A stretch of 63,239 nucleotides of DNA, the filler included, from Choristocarpus tenellus KU-1152 (Eukaryota; Protista; Phaeophyceae), in assembly GCA_964200185.2 (NCBI GenBank). It is 9 parts of 9 records of this genome, joined end to end, with 100 filler letters (N's around TTAATTAATTAA, not from the genome) between each part and the next. Parts side by side here need not be neighbours in the genome. Positions count along the whole stretch, not along the records: positions 1 to 16,559 come from CAXNAD020000809.1; positions 16,660 to 34,473 come from CAXNAD020000625.1; positions 34,574 to 37,836 come from CAXNAD020021176.1; positions 37,937 to 42,798 come from CAXNAD020012750.1; 5 more parts are not named here. The stretch is one strand, 5' to 3'. Shown here piece by piece: positions 15,201 through 37,961 of this stretch. The notes beneath the pieces were generated by a model that saw only the letters and a program-made list of their open reading frames with translations, was not told where the DNA came from and made no database searches. Within the stretch, counting starts at the first letter, position 1. Each line of letters opens with the position of its first letter. The position numbers were made by a program, and so were the translations under genes.

Positions 15201-16232
15201 TGGCGGCTGTCCTTTCAGGGCCCATTGTTCCATGTCGCAATATTTGGGTGATTTGGTTGCATGTGTCGGATGGATAATGTAAGTGTACTTCTCCTGGTCA
15301 GGGCCCGAATAGACAACCTGGTGTAGACCCCCCACCCCTCCACCCCCAGATACTTTGAGCCTTTTGCCTGCATTTCGCCCTCAAATTGCTTATGTATCAC
15401 ATCCTGCTTCCTTACCAATGTTGCACACCAGGTGCCATACATATCAGAGGGATCTTCCCCTGATCGACCTCAAAGTCTCATTATTTTTTTGTTGTTTCTG
15501 CACTCCCCCACACTTCATCAATGTTCAAGAGTCAGATTAGGTTAGGGCTAGGGCTAGAGTAGACAAGAAAAAATGCCAAAAAATGAGGTAAACACGATAC
15601 CTTTCTCATTTTGACACCAAAACAACAATGAAAAAAATTGAAGCAAAAAACACGATTTCAGAATTTGGAGGTTTTTTCTTTTTGTCAATGTCTTTTATTG
15701 TGTTCTTTTTTTGTTCCTCGTCCCTTAAGGCAGCCCCAACACCCCCCAACAAGGTTCAACTCCAAAGTACAAAACATTTTTTTTATGCAGAGTGTTCTTC
15801 CTGATGCACACGTCTCCACCTATACCAGTCTTTGCACCTGGTGTGCAACACTACCAGTAGCCCAGGGTGCACTTCATTCACTGATAAGTATTTCTTTGAC
15901 ACACTACATAGGTATGCCGGCACCACGCATCCCGAGCTCTTGCCATCCTTTTGCGCCATGGTCTCGACCTTCATTCCATGGCAACTGCTACCACTAGTGC
16001 CCATGCTGAAGGCATTCTTTTTGGGCATGGAGCAGAGAATGGTGAGGGGGGCTCAGGAGTATATTTTTCAAGATCAACAGCGCCTATTGCAGGGGATGGA
16101 ATGACAGGGGGGACTCCCACAAGGTCGGGACAGGGGCTTCCTCCTCTACGAAGCCCAGACGATCTTCCTTGGAAGGTGGTACTACTGTGGCTTGAGTTGC
16201 GCCATGATCTGGCAACTGTTGCTCTATTGCAG
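252..16232 (+). CDS. CFAP54: Internal segment (18 exons, ~1192 aa, both ends missing) of a cilia- and flagella-associated protein 54-like gene
   Basis: GT-AG exons splice into one stop-free frame: 252-653, 1433-1528, 1815-2006, 2850-2996, 3201-3362, 3822-4007, 4543-4706, 5096-5336, 6338-6409, 6963-7097, 7544-7630, 7888-8079, 8909-9056, 9232-9515, 10414-10640, 14074-14359, 14631-14864, 15912-16232 (3576 nt). Motifs recalled from CFAP54, in order: SWAKVQRACELMWN, WGVLVKVG..VFPLVLHAQR, EALCDLGDLH, GGWGCLAGAIILGKL, SFPQRICDF, ALPALALLEY..RARLKRVQCL, LWLELR. The 9056/9232 junction has an alternative in-frame solution (9075/9251). Confidence 0.8.
5969..6227 (+). mobile_element. MITE family A, full length (~260 bp), intronic
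   Basis: TIRs GAGTCAAAGTATCTTAGAGGGTAG ... CTACCCTCTAAGATACTTTCACTC; TAT on both flanks. Confidence 0.9.
6515..6823 (-). pseudogene. Possible degenerate non-LTR (LINE) reverse transcriptase fragment in an intron
   Basis: Only PTSQGVPQ, resembling the RT GVPQG motif; no YADD seen. Confidence 0.25.
8565..8822 (+). mobile_element. MITE family A, full length, intronic
   Basis: Homologous to 5969-6227 along its length; AAT on both flanks. Confidence 0.9.
11402..11453 (+). mobile_element. 52-bp internally deleted MITE family A derivative
   Basis: GTGTGAAAGTA ... TACCCTCTAAGATACTTTCACTC with CTGT on both flanks. Confidence 0.65.
12250..12507 (-). mobile_element. MITE family A, full length, reverse orientation
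   Basis: GAGTGAAAGTATCTTAGAGGGTAC ... CTCTCCAAGATACTTGACTC; reverse complement of the other copies; no clean TSD. Confidence 0.9.
13476..13728 (+). mobile_element. MITE family A, full length (small deletion in right TIR)
   Basis: GAGTCAAAGTATCTTAGAGGG ... CCCCTAAGATACTC; AGA on both flanks. Confidence 0.9.
15175..15361 (+). mobile_element. MITE family B, full length (~187 bp), intronic
   Basis: TIRs GACTCAAAGTATCTGGG ... CCCAGATACTTTGAGCC; TTTT on both flanks. Confidence 0.85.
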
Positions 16233-16388
16233 GTGGGAGTCTTGCATGTATTCAGGGGTGAGCATGCTATGTGTTCCACATTGTTCACACCAGATAAGAT
16301 AAGTCATTGTGAGGGTTACCGGTCTATGTCCAGCCTAATTCACTTTGCAAGAAATTAGCTTGACACAAGGCTACCCGGGCCTGTTCAT

Positions 16389-16559
16389 GGGTCAACATAA
16401 CTGGGGAGGGGGTGGCGACTGTCCATTTGTTGTCAATTTTTTCATGTCGCGATTTTTGGGTGATTTGGTTGCATACGTCGGATGAATACTATAAATGCAC
16501 TTTTGCTGATTTTGATCCAAATGGACACCCTGGTGTAGAACCCTCCCCCCCTCCCAAAT
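16389..16559 (+). mobile_element. MITE family B copy, truncated at contig end
   Basis: Homologous to 15175-15361 (GGGTGATTTGGTTGCAT, CCTGGTGTAGA); runs into the spacer just after its C-run. Confidence 0.8.
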
Positions 16560-16659
16560 NNNNNNNNNNNNNNNNNNNNNNNNNNNNNNNNNNNNNNNNN
16601 NNNTTAATTAATTAANNNNNNNNNNNNNNNNNNNNNNNNNNNNNNNNNNNNNNNNNNNN
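16560..16659. other. Artificial contig-joining spacer (same spacer at 34474-34573, 37837-37936, 42799-42898, 48658-48757, 54293-54392, 56913-57012, 59636-59735)
   Basis: Identical 100-bp N44-TTAATTAATTAA-N44 linker, which has stops in all six frames. Confidence 0.97.
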
Positions 16660-18239
16660 CTCAACCATGGCTCCCATTGTAGTGTTTCTGCTCTTGTTTT
16701 TTTTTTTTTGTTCTATGACTTTGTTGATGTTAGGAGTGGTTGTGTCATATGATTGCACACTTTAGGGTAGATGACATGATACAAAGGCTCTGCAGGTATC
16801 ATGGACCACCAGGGGTCACGCACAAAGCTCCTCACTCCGTTTATCCAGGTGTGATACGTGTCCTTGGTCACATCTCCTTTGACGATACAAGCGCCTTGTG
16901 GAGGTGGTTACTGGAAGGCGTTCTAAAGCATGTACTACTTGGTAGTGGACTTTTATTGCCCCAGTCCTAGCCCTTGAGCATTATGATGATGTGAAACTTT
17001 TCACCACCAGTGCCTGATCACAGGGATCATAATTGTTGTTATTACTGATCCAGCGTGTTTGAAGTATTTTGTGTGCGAGCATCAAGTTGATTAAACATTA
17101 TTGTGTTTATATCCATATTAGTTTGGACTGTCTCAAATAGTGTCCCGAGTAACACACTGCATTACAAGTCTCCAATGGTACACCACTTTAACTTTGGTAC
17201 AGAGGGTCTAAACTAGGTTCACCACAACCTGATGTAACGGGAATTGGAATGTGATCTTGATGTCACACATAAATGTTAATTGTCAAATAACAATAGACAG
17301 AACCATCTTTATATCCATGCCTGCAATATAAGAGTGGCATGGGTTGGTCTCAGTGGTGTCTTTCTCCCAGGAAACGCTTGCATGAGGATTCGCAATCTTT
17401 GGATCTGACAGGTGCATGAGAGTCTCAAGCCATGAAAGACTTGTGCTTTGGGGCGGCAGAGATACTGGTTGCATAGTTGTAACAATATATGCTAGGTGCA
17501 GTTTGGTCTCTGCTGTCATCACCACCATGACATCAAAACAAAAAAGGACCAACAGACATGGGAATTGGGACACAATTGCTATTATAGAAATAATTTATAT
17601 AATAGTGTGTACTATTCATCCTACATTTCACACAACAACAGTTCCTTTACCTTTATTTTACGATCACCAAAATACTAGATAGAATGGTTCGCCATATTGA
17701 CAATGGCGGATGTTGATTACAAGGGGTTTGGTGTAGTCAATATAGAACGACTCACAGTGGAGAACATGCACAATATATTGAATGCAGTTATCAAGTCTAG
17801 GCCGAGGGTGTATCAATCCAAACTTGTAGTCTTGCCAATCATAGCAATTGAATCGTGATAACGATATTTGAGGGGAACTTTTGATTGGTTGCACTTCGCT
17901 TGAATATGGACATTGCCCACAGAACTTGGCAGTTTGCGTTCCTCCATTTGAGTGCTGCGTGTGTACGTAATTTGAGTACTGTGTTGAGTACATTGAAATT
18001 CTCATAGTCAATTGACTTGCACTCATAAATGCTTTCGATTGATAGTACAAATTTGCACCCTGAACTCTTCCAAGTATGAAGCAACCAGGAAAATCAGGTA
18101 GCGTAGCATAGCTTATCAAAACAGCATGATGGCTGAGGATCGAGGGAGCTGGGATGTATTCAACAGTCACTAATCAAAATTACCCATGTCCGCTCTTCAC
18201 TGATGATGTATTGTTACTCATTGAATTGATATTCATGAC

Positions 18240-19440
18240 AAGTACTACAAAGCAAACTACAAGGGGAGGTACGGATGGCCACCTCTGTATCCTCAGCATG
18301 GGGGAACAGTGATCACAGATCACGCCAAAGAATAATCCCATGAAGTTCCTGCTTGTTGATGTACAAGTGCACTGCATGTGAAAAACAGTTGATGACAAAA
18401 ATGGACCAGGTTTGACCTTGAGTCACAAAGCTGCTCACCTCCCACCAATTATTGTACAATTTGAGCAACAGCTTCAGACTCCAGTTGAATTGAAGTTAAG
18501 CTTACTACATACACACCATTCTACTAAACATCCAACTCCATTGAACAAAAGGATGTGAAATAAAATATTTTTATACAGAACATATTTGGGAAGAAAACCA
18601 TTATATTTTGAAGTCAATAAAATAGTATATACAACAAAAGGGTACATACAACATAATCCAGGTGCTTTAGGCTGAGGGGCAGAGTGGGTCAGCCAACACC
18701 TGTAGTACCAGAGATGATCAGTACCTTCAACACCAACGTCAAAACTTGAATCAAATTGGTAGGCGATCAACCTAGGAACCAAGTATTTTCTTGGTACCAA
18801 CAAGCGGGAAGATAGGTCATTGTAGTGATCACTACCCCAAAAAGGGATGGTTAGATGAATTATCATTAAAAAAATAAATAAATAAACATTTTCTTCTGTA
18901 GTCACCATAAAATGTTACGTTCTTGTTGACCAAACTGTACATACACCACTTAACAATATAGGAGATGCCCTGCTGATGCCAACGATCATACTAGATCCTT
19001 TCCGTTTTCATATCCATTTCACATGGAAATTTGACCGCAGTTAATCGGACCACAACAACTTTCTTGGCAAAGTGTAAGTATGAATATAACTCTGGTGATA
19101 ACAAAAAAATCTGTACAACTGTGTACTGGTTTCTTTTCCACAATAACAACACATCGATTGGGACCAAGACGCTAAAAAAGAGAAGGATATGACAGCCAAT
19201 CTCTTAAATATCCTCAAGCTTGTTCCTGACATTATCTTAGACCAGTGCAGGATTGCAGAGAAGGGGTCACCCCTAGCATTCCGGGAAGAACCAGCCTGAC
19301 ATCCCATGAAGAAAACAGATGGACACCTCTACTCACTTGACGTCAAACCCCAGGTGTTGCACTTGTTGAGGATGACAATTTGTGACTGTAGAACCTCTTG
19401 AAGTATGGCGAGATGTGTTTGTTGTTCCTCTAGCCTAATG
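18240..19440 (+). mobile_element. Possible highly decayed DNA-transposon coding relic
   Basis: Scattered fragments YKCTACEKQL (zinc-ribbon-like) and IILDPFRF (recalls the LDxFH motif of Mutator-like transposases); many stops and frameshifts. Confidence 0.25.
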
Positions 19441-19645
19441 GTTTTGCTTACACATTCTCTTTCTAATCCTTTGTACAGCGACAGCACCATCAATACGGAG
19501 TACAGTAGTACCCTTCCAGGATACAGGGCATAAAAAAGCCATCAGAGTAGCTCAACTCTGCAAATGCATTCCGTATGTATAATCGCCCTCCTCCCATAAT
19601 ACTGATATCACCCAAATCAACAAGTGCAACTATGCCTCATCCACA

Positions 19646-21414
19646 TTAGCCCCGATTCATGTTTACCTTGCTAGTTCCACTGACAGCAGGAGCACCTGGG
19701 TCAGCCATCTGCACCGGTAGTGGGTATGCTGAGGTTTCAGCAGGTTTACTGGCATGACCAGATCGTATACGACTTCCCGAATAATCTGCATTGACTCCTG
19801 GCCTGCTTCTTAACCGCATATTGGCATTCACAGGTCCTGAACGACCCCCTTGGCCCACCTTTCCTCCTCCTTCTAGGTCATCTCCAGTCGTGGCAACCCT
19901 TGGGTCTCCCCCCCCTCGAACTGCCCTTGCAACAGGTGGTCTTAATACAGCATGCAGGAGGCAAATCAAGCTCCCAATGATGGCCGAATATTGCAGAGTG
20001 AATATATAGCCAGAGAAGGACAGCATCACCGAACAAACTGACACCCAACGCATTAGCATTAGCAGACCAGACAAATGGTACAGTGGTACAATGATTAGAA
20101 TTCATAATTTAGGATAAAACATTGATGTGATACGGAGTGGGAGGTACGCGTGAAGAATTTCGTGTTTCCACATCCACATGAATTCCTTCAACAAGAAGAG
20201 GGTTATTGCCTCTCATGATCCACTGTGGGTTTAAATAAATATGCATGTATATATTAAAGTCTCCTACGAGAGCGAAGTCAAGCTGTCCCAACAGTTCAGG
20301 AAGTCAAAAAAATATTACCCCTACTTGAGTACTTGGAACAGGAATGAACTTGAGTGCACTACGCAGGGAATACAATTTACTTTTAAGAACGTACAGTTGG
20401 GATTGGTGGACATTGATCAAGCCGAAGCGTTGCACTGAACTACTTAAACATTAGACAAGGGTACTTCTAAGGTATAAAGGGCATCGAGATCCGAACGATC
20501 AACAGAAAAGATAGTGGTGGGAATCTATCTTGGATGCGTCTTTTGAACGGACTTACCTATGGTCGATGCTATCAGCTTCTCCCTTGTCCCCAGCGCTATT
20601 TCCCCGACCACCAATGGCTTCCGCCTACTCAGGAATACGTACAGGAACATGACTGCCGATAGGAGAAGGATGACTAGCAGTCCTGGAGAAGTGATGATGT
20701 AGAACAAGGAGCAGGCTATACATAGGATGAGGTAATTGGTCTTGAAAAAGTTGACGTTGGCAAACACACGCTGAGAAAAAAATCATTGCATCACGCGATA
20801 TTTTGGGCAGGGTTAGTAAGAGATATAAGCATTACATGATACATTTGGTCACATGCCATTATCTGTCGACTTGACACATCACACAGCCAGAAATTTAAGT
20901 TTCAGCGCCATGATGAGATGGAGAAAGGAAAACCATGGCTTGTGCCAAAAACAGAATCCACCTATCCTGTTTGTGCGGTAAAGGAGTGGCGATGTCTCTT
21001 GTCCGCGAAAGCATCAATGAACCGTTAATTAAGCAAGTGTGCAACGTTCGTGCAACAGCCACTGCGCCACAGCAAGGAAAGGGTAGCAAGGACCAGAATA
21101 GATCTGCTGGTTCTCCTCACCTTCTTGACATCCAACTGTGTCCACTTGGGCGACGTAACCGGTCCAAAGAACTGGTTGTTGCGGAGGAAAGGGTAAGTAG
21201 AATACACGTTAGGAAATGTGTATCAGCTAGTACTCCTGAAAAGGGAATCCTCTGGGTCAATCAATCATCGCCTCTTTCCTTAAAGCTTGAGAAATAGGAC
21301 CACTCCACGTACCTCTGCCCAGGGTCGCATCTCTTCAACAAGAAACCTCTGCGTGAGTGTCACGAGTACGGCCAGCTCATCTGCCAATTCTGTACGGGTG
21401 TTTTCACCCCCCAT
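19646..21414 (-). CDS. PRA1: PRA1 (prenylated Rab acceptor 1) family protein, 4 exons, 252 aa
   Basis: Exons 21414-21313, 21171-21121, 20770-20557, 20037-19646 splice in frame (759 nt). MRPWAEFF..P..RVFANVNFFKTNY, two hydrophobic hairpins and LHAVLR match PRA1 family motifs. Confidence 0.88.
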
Positions 21415-21781
21415 CGTTGACTCGAGACGTACAATTTGTGATGGTGTGTATAATTATTATCTTCTTTTGTTGGAAAGAATTACTGCTACTAATACTACTA
21501 CTACTAGTAGTATTGTTCAACGAGAATGTGAGGTGGGATGGAGAGTCGAACCTTCAAATGTATCGGAGTGACATTAATTAAAAAAAAATGGTCACATTGG
21601 TATTTTTGCTCTTAACTCTCAACAGGGTCAGGACGTGGTTGCAGGTAGGCCTGAGATCGCCTCGACAGAGGTCTCTTGCAGCCAGGTTACTGGCCGACCA
21701 CGAAGCTCTGATTCCTTTCGCTGGGGATGGACGAGAAATTGTGCCATTAAGAAGTGCTCGGGATCTTCAAAGGGCCTAGAA
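21415..21781. promoter_or_regulatory. Putative bidirectional promoter between PRA1 and NDR kinase
   Basis: Divergent start codons 367 bp apart; AT-rich, with a short (ACT)n tract. Confidence 0.55.
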
Positions 21782-32592
<10,811 letters not shown>

Positions 32593-34573
32593 TGGAATAG
32601 TAGTTTCAATGATGGGCAGAGCAGGGAATGCAGGAATGCACAACATTTTTTGTTGGACAAGAAATAATAGCCAGATAGGCACCAGGCAAAGCGCAAGTAT
32701 CAAAAGTATTGTTGTTTCATCCTTGTTTCTATTGAAGTGTATGTATGATGTGTGTGTTGGTTGTTGAGGAAGGTGTTACCTAGTTTTCACCTGAGTGATT
32801 GTTGGGCACTGGGAGCATGATAATATTGTGTTCTTGCATGTGAGTGTTGAACAGGATCAACAACTAGGTTTTTCAATTGTGTGTGGCAGTTTTGACCATA
32901 CCAGGAGACCATGTATTACATTTATGACTGCTGTGATGCTGCACAGAGTAGGTGAAAGCCGGTCTGTTTGATACTTGATAGACTTTCACCATCTTACGTG
33001 TTTCCCCATGTTCTATGTATGACAAGTCCAGATGTGGGTTGACTGAAGGATTATTGTGCTTGTCATTGAAAAAATGATGTGGTTTAATTGCCGGTAGGTC
33101 CATTCAGCACAAAGTTTATGTTATTTGTTTTACTGGTAGCTACATCGTGTCAGTGGTGTGTGGTAATGCCTGCCCAAGGTGTGATATATTGACCCAGATA
33201 TTATTATCAAGATGTACCCTTCAGCCCAACCCCCTCTATCTATGATTCCTGGTAGTTCCAATAGCATATGGTTCATTTTGGATGCGTTGCTGATTGAGTA
33301 TGTTGCCCTGCAGTAGTACTACATGATCAATGTGGTCTTGGAAAGTTTGTGTGAGGGAAAGAGGGGACTATCCCAAATCCTCACTTGTTACTCTTGAGGA
33401 ATTTTTCTTTATTTCTTGTTATCTGTACCTCCCATAAATGATGAAGGTAGCATATAGTTTTTTTTAACAGAAGGACTCCATAATTCACATCCTGAAACTC
33501 CCTGCCAGTTTAACTATTATGTATTGCTGCTCCGACTCCAGCCTCCTATTGCTTTCTTGATGTGGGCAATTCATGGAAATGTGTATTTATGGATATATTC
33601 GTCGATGGGTGATCAGGACGGAATGTCTTCAAGGATTATTTTATGGTGGTATGAATTCGTCTCAACAGTTATTCTACAATGAGGGAAGTGAAATGATTCA
33701 GAGTGTGTTGTGTGTGATGTTCCATCTTGACTGGAAGAATGGTAAGAGCAAGAAGGAGATGTTGATATCACCAAGAAGCCAGAAGGGCTTGAGAGGTGTG
33801 GAGTTCAATACAATGTCGTGTGTTGTTTTTTGTTTAAAAAAAATCTTCTTTATGTTGTACAACACTGTTGGATTTTGAAGGACCCTGACCTGAACTAGAA
33901 CGATAAAATGTACTTTATCACTATACAAAAATAACAAACTACAACTGATTGATTTAGTAAGACACACCAAAAAGTCACTTACAAGACCTTCCTGCTAAAT
34001 GTAGCAGGATGTGAACAATGAGACAAACCTGAGTGGAGTGCTGTACTCTGACATATTGATGCCATATCATCCTATGAATTGTGCATCAGAGAAAGCCAAA
34101 AAATCAAGTGTCAGGTTTATGGAATGATTCCTGACACGTACATCATCATTTGCTGTTGCCAAGGTTTGACAGCATACTTAAATATCAACCAGTCATGAGA
34201 AATCATTGGCCAAGACTGGGGGGAACAACATCCCCTGCACCTGCCCCAGAGGTACATATCCTAGCTGCCTATGATGCCGGGATCACAAGGAGGGCTCAAC
34301 ACAAAATCACACGCCTCCTCAACAGGATTCGTTTTGACTCCTTCAGGACACAACTAGCCTTCCAAATGAGGCACACCAAGGGAGGGAAAGCTCCTCATCA
34401 GCCCTAGCGCACCACCGGAACCAGTGTGGACAAGGGGCAAACGCGTGGGCCGCAAATCAACCTCTGGAACCAGNNNNNNNNNNNNNNNNNNNNNNNNNNN
34501 NNNNNNNNNNNNNNNNNTTAATTAATTAANNNNNNNNNNNNNNNNNNNNNNNNNNNNNNNNNNNNNNNNNNNN

Positions 34574-34945
34574 GTATCACCCATCATATACAGGCTAGTA
34601 CTACCTGGAAACCCGCGTCTATTTTCTGTTCATCTGGGTAGGATGAAACGTTACTATCCTCAAGTCCAACCTCCCACACCAGATTTGAATGAAGTGGATT
34701 ATTTTTTTCTGGAAACCAATACCATTACCGGATGAAGACCATCAAATCTCTCAACCTATTATTGGCCAATAAATTATTGATAGAGCATTGTTGGACATAG
34801 GCCTGGTCCCGGTAGTCGTTCGTCCATTAATGTTATCTATCGCCTTCGTCTTTGTGGCTATGGACGGTCTTGTGATCTTCACAAAATAATAGAACAGATC
34901 CCACAATGCTGTGAAATGATTGCAGCCTATCGTGCAGTAAATTAA
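34574..34945 (+). mobile_element. Gypsy integrase C-terminus plus chromodomain-like region, degenerate
   Basis: VSPIIYRLVLPGNPRLFSVHLGRMKRYY (GPY/F-type tail), then SIVGHR..IYRLRLCGYGRSCDL..IPQCCEMIAAY; internal stops. Confidence 0.7.
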
Positions 34946-37936
34946 TTGGATAACCAATTAAATTCTCGCCCCTTGTGGTATTGACTTGAGAATTCGTATT
35001 TACTGTTATCATACTCCTTTGCATAGTCTGTATATCATGCATTGCTGCCATGTCGCAACCTATCATTTCAGTAAAGAGATTATCGTGTGTATACGTGTGG
35101 TACAGATCATGGCCAAAGTTTTGTTTGTTTGTTTAATTGTGTTTTTATGTACCTATTTTTAAAACTATTGTCCCTTGCCCACATACTATAATCATTTACA
35201 CAGGCTGTCCATCTGGTTTAGATAGATCGTGTGTGTGTCATTTTGTCATAGATGAGTAGAGTCTATCGTTTTGTGAAGAGATGAGATAACTGGTAGCAGA
35301 TGTAAGTTAACCTGTTCACGTCCAGCTCTGACTTTGCATCTCGTGTTTACCAGGTTTATCAATCCTTGCAAATAGACTCTACCTAAATGTCGGTGGATTT
35401 AGATCAATTAATATACAATTAATTTTATCTCCTTATTTGCATAAGTGGACACATGCGGTGGTGAAGAGTCCGTATCGCTGGGGACATTAATACATTAGCA
35501 CTTGTGTACTAAAGTTGGCTGTTCATTACATCACTTCACTTTTTTCATTAAATGGATTTATTGATCATTATGAAATGATTAATCCCATCCTAAAGTAGAA
35601 AAAATAAAATAAATGAAGATTCAAGTCTACCACCAGGTAAGAGATGGATACTTCAGGTGAGCCATACATGTTACTTATTTTATTTTTTATTTTTTTGTGG
35701 TATGATTCCCCTGACATGATGTAATGACCGTACAGTCACCTTGTATCGTTTTAGGAGAGTTAAGCCACCAACGTCATACGTCCGAGTTGTCCACTTGGAA
35801 TATTGTAGTCGTCGTGAACAATATTCCAACCAAAGTCAGAATTGAGGAAGGAGAATGGGTGCATACATTTGATCTCGTCGTCTGCTGTGTTGATTTGGCC
35901 ATAACACGCGATGTTATTTTCACGCATCGGAGTGGTAATCAAATCATCGTATAACACCCGTATAACAATGTCGAATAACAAACACTAGTCAAACCGTTTG
36001 TTGACATCGTATGTACTGTTTACTCCTCGTATCCCCATTCTGAGTGTATCCTCTGATTTATACAAAATAATTAGAGACCCTATATGCTGGCCATATATAC
36101 CTCTCGCCTCGTCGTTAGGCTGATTGATATGCTGATCCCATACTCTCAAACCTCGTAAGCTTGACTGGTGTGCTGACCACACACCATCAACCTTAGGCTA
36201 ATGTTAACCTGATTAGACACTCATTATGTGGCTCGTTCATTTATTACACTTCATTTTGTATTAATGGAGTCGTGTACTAACAGTCACACATGTTTCCCAT
36301 TTCGCTCACAGAGCTCACTTTTTGGTTGACCTTGAATCATGTGTACATGGCTTCAAGGCCGATCAGAAGGGGAGGTGATGTGGAAAGTATGTTTATCTGT
36401 TGTTATACCGTTATTGTCGTATGCCATATACCGTTATACCGATTGAGTTTATGTTCTCTGAGAACTTTGGTTCAACTGTGTGGAGGATATTCGGAGATAT
36501 AGATTTCCGTGTCTTCAAGCAACGTCTCTTTGTGAGCACGGTTTTCTGAAGATGGATCTTCTATCTCTGGAGGGTTTCTTTTCCGAAACCCATCCGAATC
36601 GTGATCCTCCCCACTTCCTCAGTTCCCCACTTTTTCCTGCAAGTCCTTTTAGTCTGGCACTTGTGTAACCATAACCTTGTCTTCTCAGTTACGGTTCGTC
36701 TTTGTTTTCTGGTGATTCTCTTCACCACCCTTGCCTGAGTGAACCACGCCGCCACAGAATCACGCGATTCACACTATTATAGACATATATAGGGATAGAG
36801 TTACTAACGTATTAACTACATTAGCCGTCTCGCCTGGAATTCCTGACGAACTCCACAAAAAATGGGAAGGCTGTGTTGTAGGGTCGGTATTTTGGACGAT
36901 TACGTGTCACATGGATCTCACCTCTGCTAAAAAAAATTCATGTTGCATCTCCTCCATCACAAGTCTTATAACATCCTGCAGGTCGCTGACGATCTTTTTT
37001 GAGGAAGTAAGGTAATCGAAAGGGGGATGAGCAACAGATCCAACTCACATGACGTCACATTCAGGCGTAATACTGGTGTATCCAGTCTGCCAGGTGGTGT
37101 GATACATATGGGGATTAAATTGTGAAGGGAAGGTTTTCTTCGCCTTTTCGTATCGGAGATAAGCAAACCTATAATACGAAAGACAATTTTCGAAGACAAA
37201 CAAGTCACACACTATCCCCAGAAGAACATCCCCGACGCCCGTGAGACTGGAGGAGGACATTGAATAGTCACCAAGTTGCCCTGACGCATGCTGGATGGGA
37301 GACACACACAAAAATTTGGACGAAGAGAAATATATTTCGTTTAACGTGTTGCTTCCGCCGTCATCGGTGCAGGAAACCATAGGATTTCCTCTCCCCTCGG
37401 ATACTAGGGAGGATGACGAGGAACAATAATTATGATCGTGCCCTACACCGTTCTACACCACGGCAGACCTAGAGACAGTGGAAGGGGAGGAAAAGGGCGA
37501 GCATGGGTCAATTGGAGTGTCCACAACATTGAGTCTGCTCAAGGATCCTGTTGAAACCTGAATCGAATGCATCGTACATCTAGGTAGAATGCGTAGACTA
37601 CTAGCGATGAGGAATCGTGATATTGCGAAGCACCGATGAGTGATATGCATAGTCTATGTTATGTACAGGCGTGATTGTGCTGCAAAACACCGATGTATAT
37701 ATTCTGTTGTAGCTGAGGTCATTGATCTCTCAGTCAAGAATTATGTGCGATGTGAATTTGGTGTTCTTTCATGTGATACTCAACGAAAGAAGTCCATGGT
37801 CCGTGGAGAGGCTTGTTACCTTGGCTGGCAAGGGTTNNNNNNNNNNNNNNNNNNNNNNNNNNNNNNNNNNNNNNNNNNNNTTAATTAATTAANNNNNNNN
37901 NNNNNNNNNNNNNNNNNNNNNNNNNNNNNNNNNNNN

Positions 37937-37961
37937 CCCCCCCTCCCAGATACTTTGGGTC
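37937..37961. mobile_element. MITE family B-type terminal repeat at contig start
   Basis: CCCCTCCCAGATACTTTGGGTC. Confidence 0.65.

Noticed and set aside
5969-15361. MITEs acting as introner elements
   Set aside because: They sit inside larger introns and do not supply splice sites.
16700-17500. KDZ-like VVxKFH remnant on the minus strand
   Set aside because: Needs several frameshifts and other catalytic motifs are not convincing.
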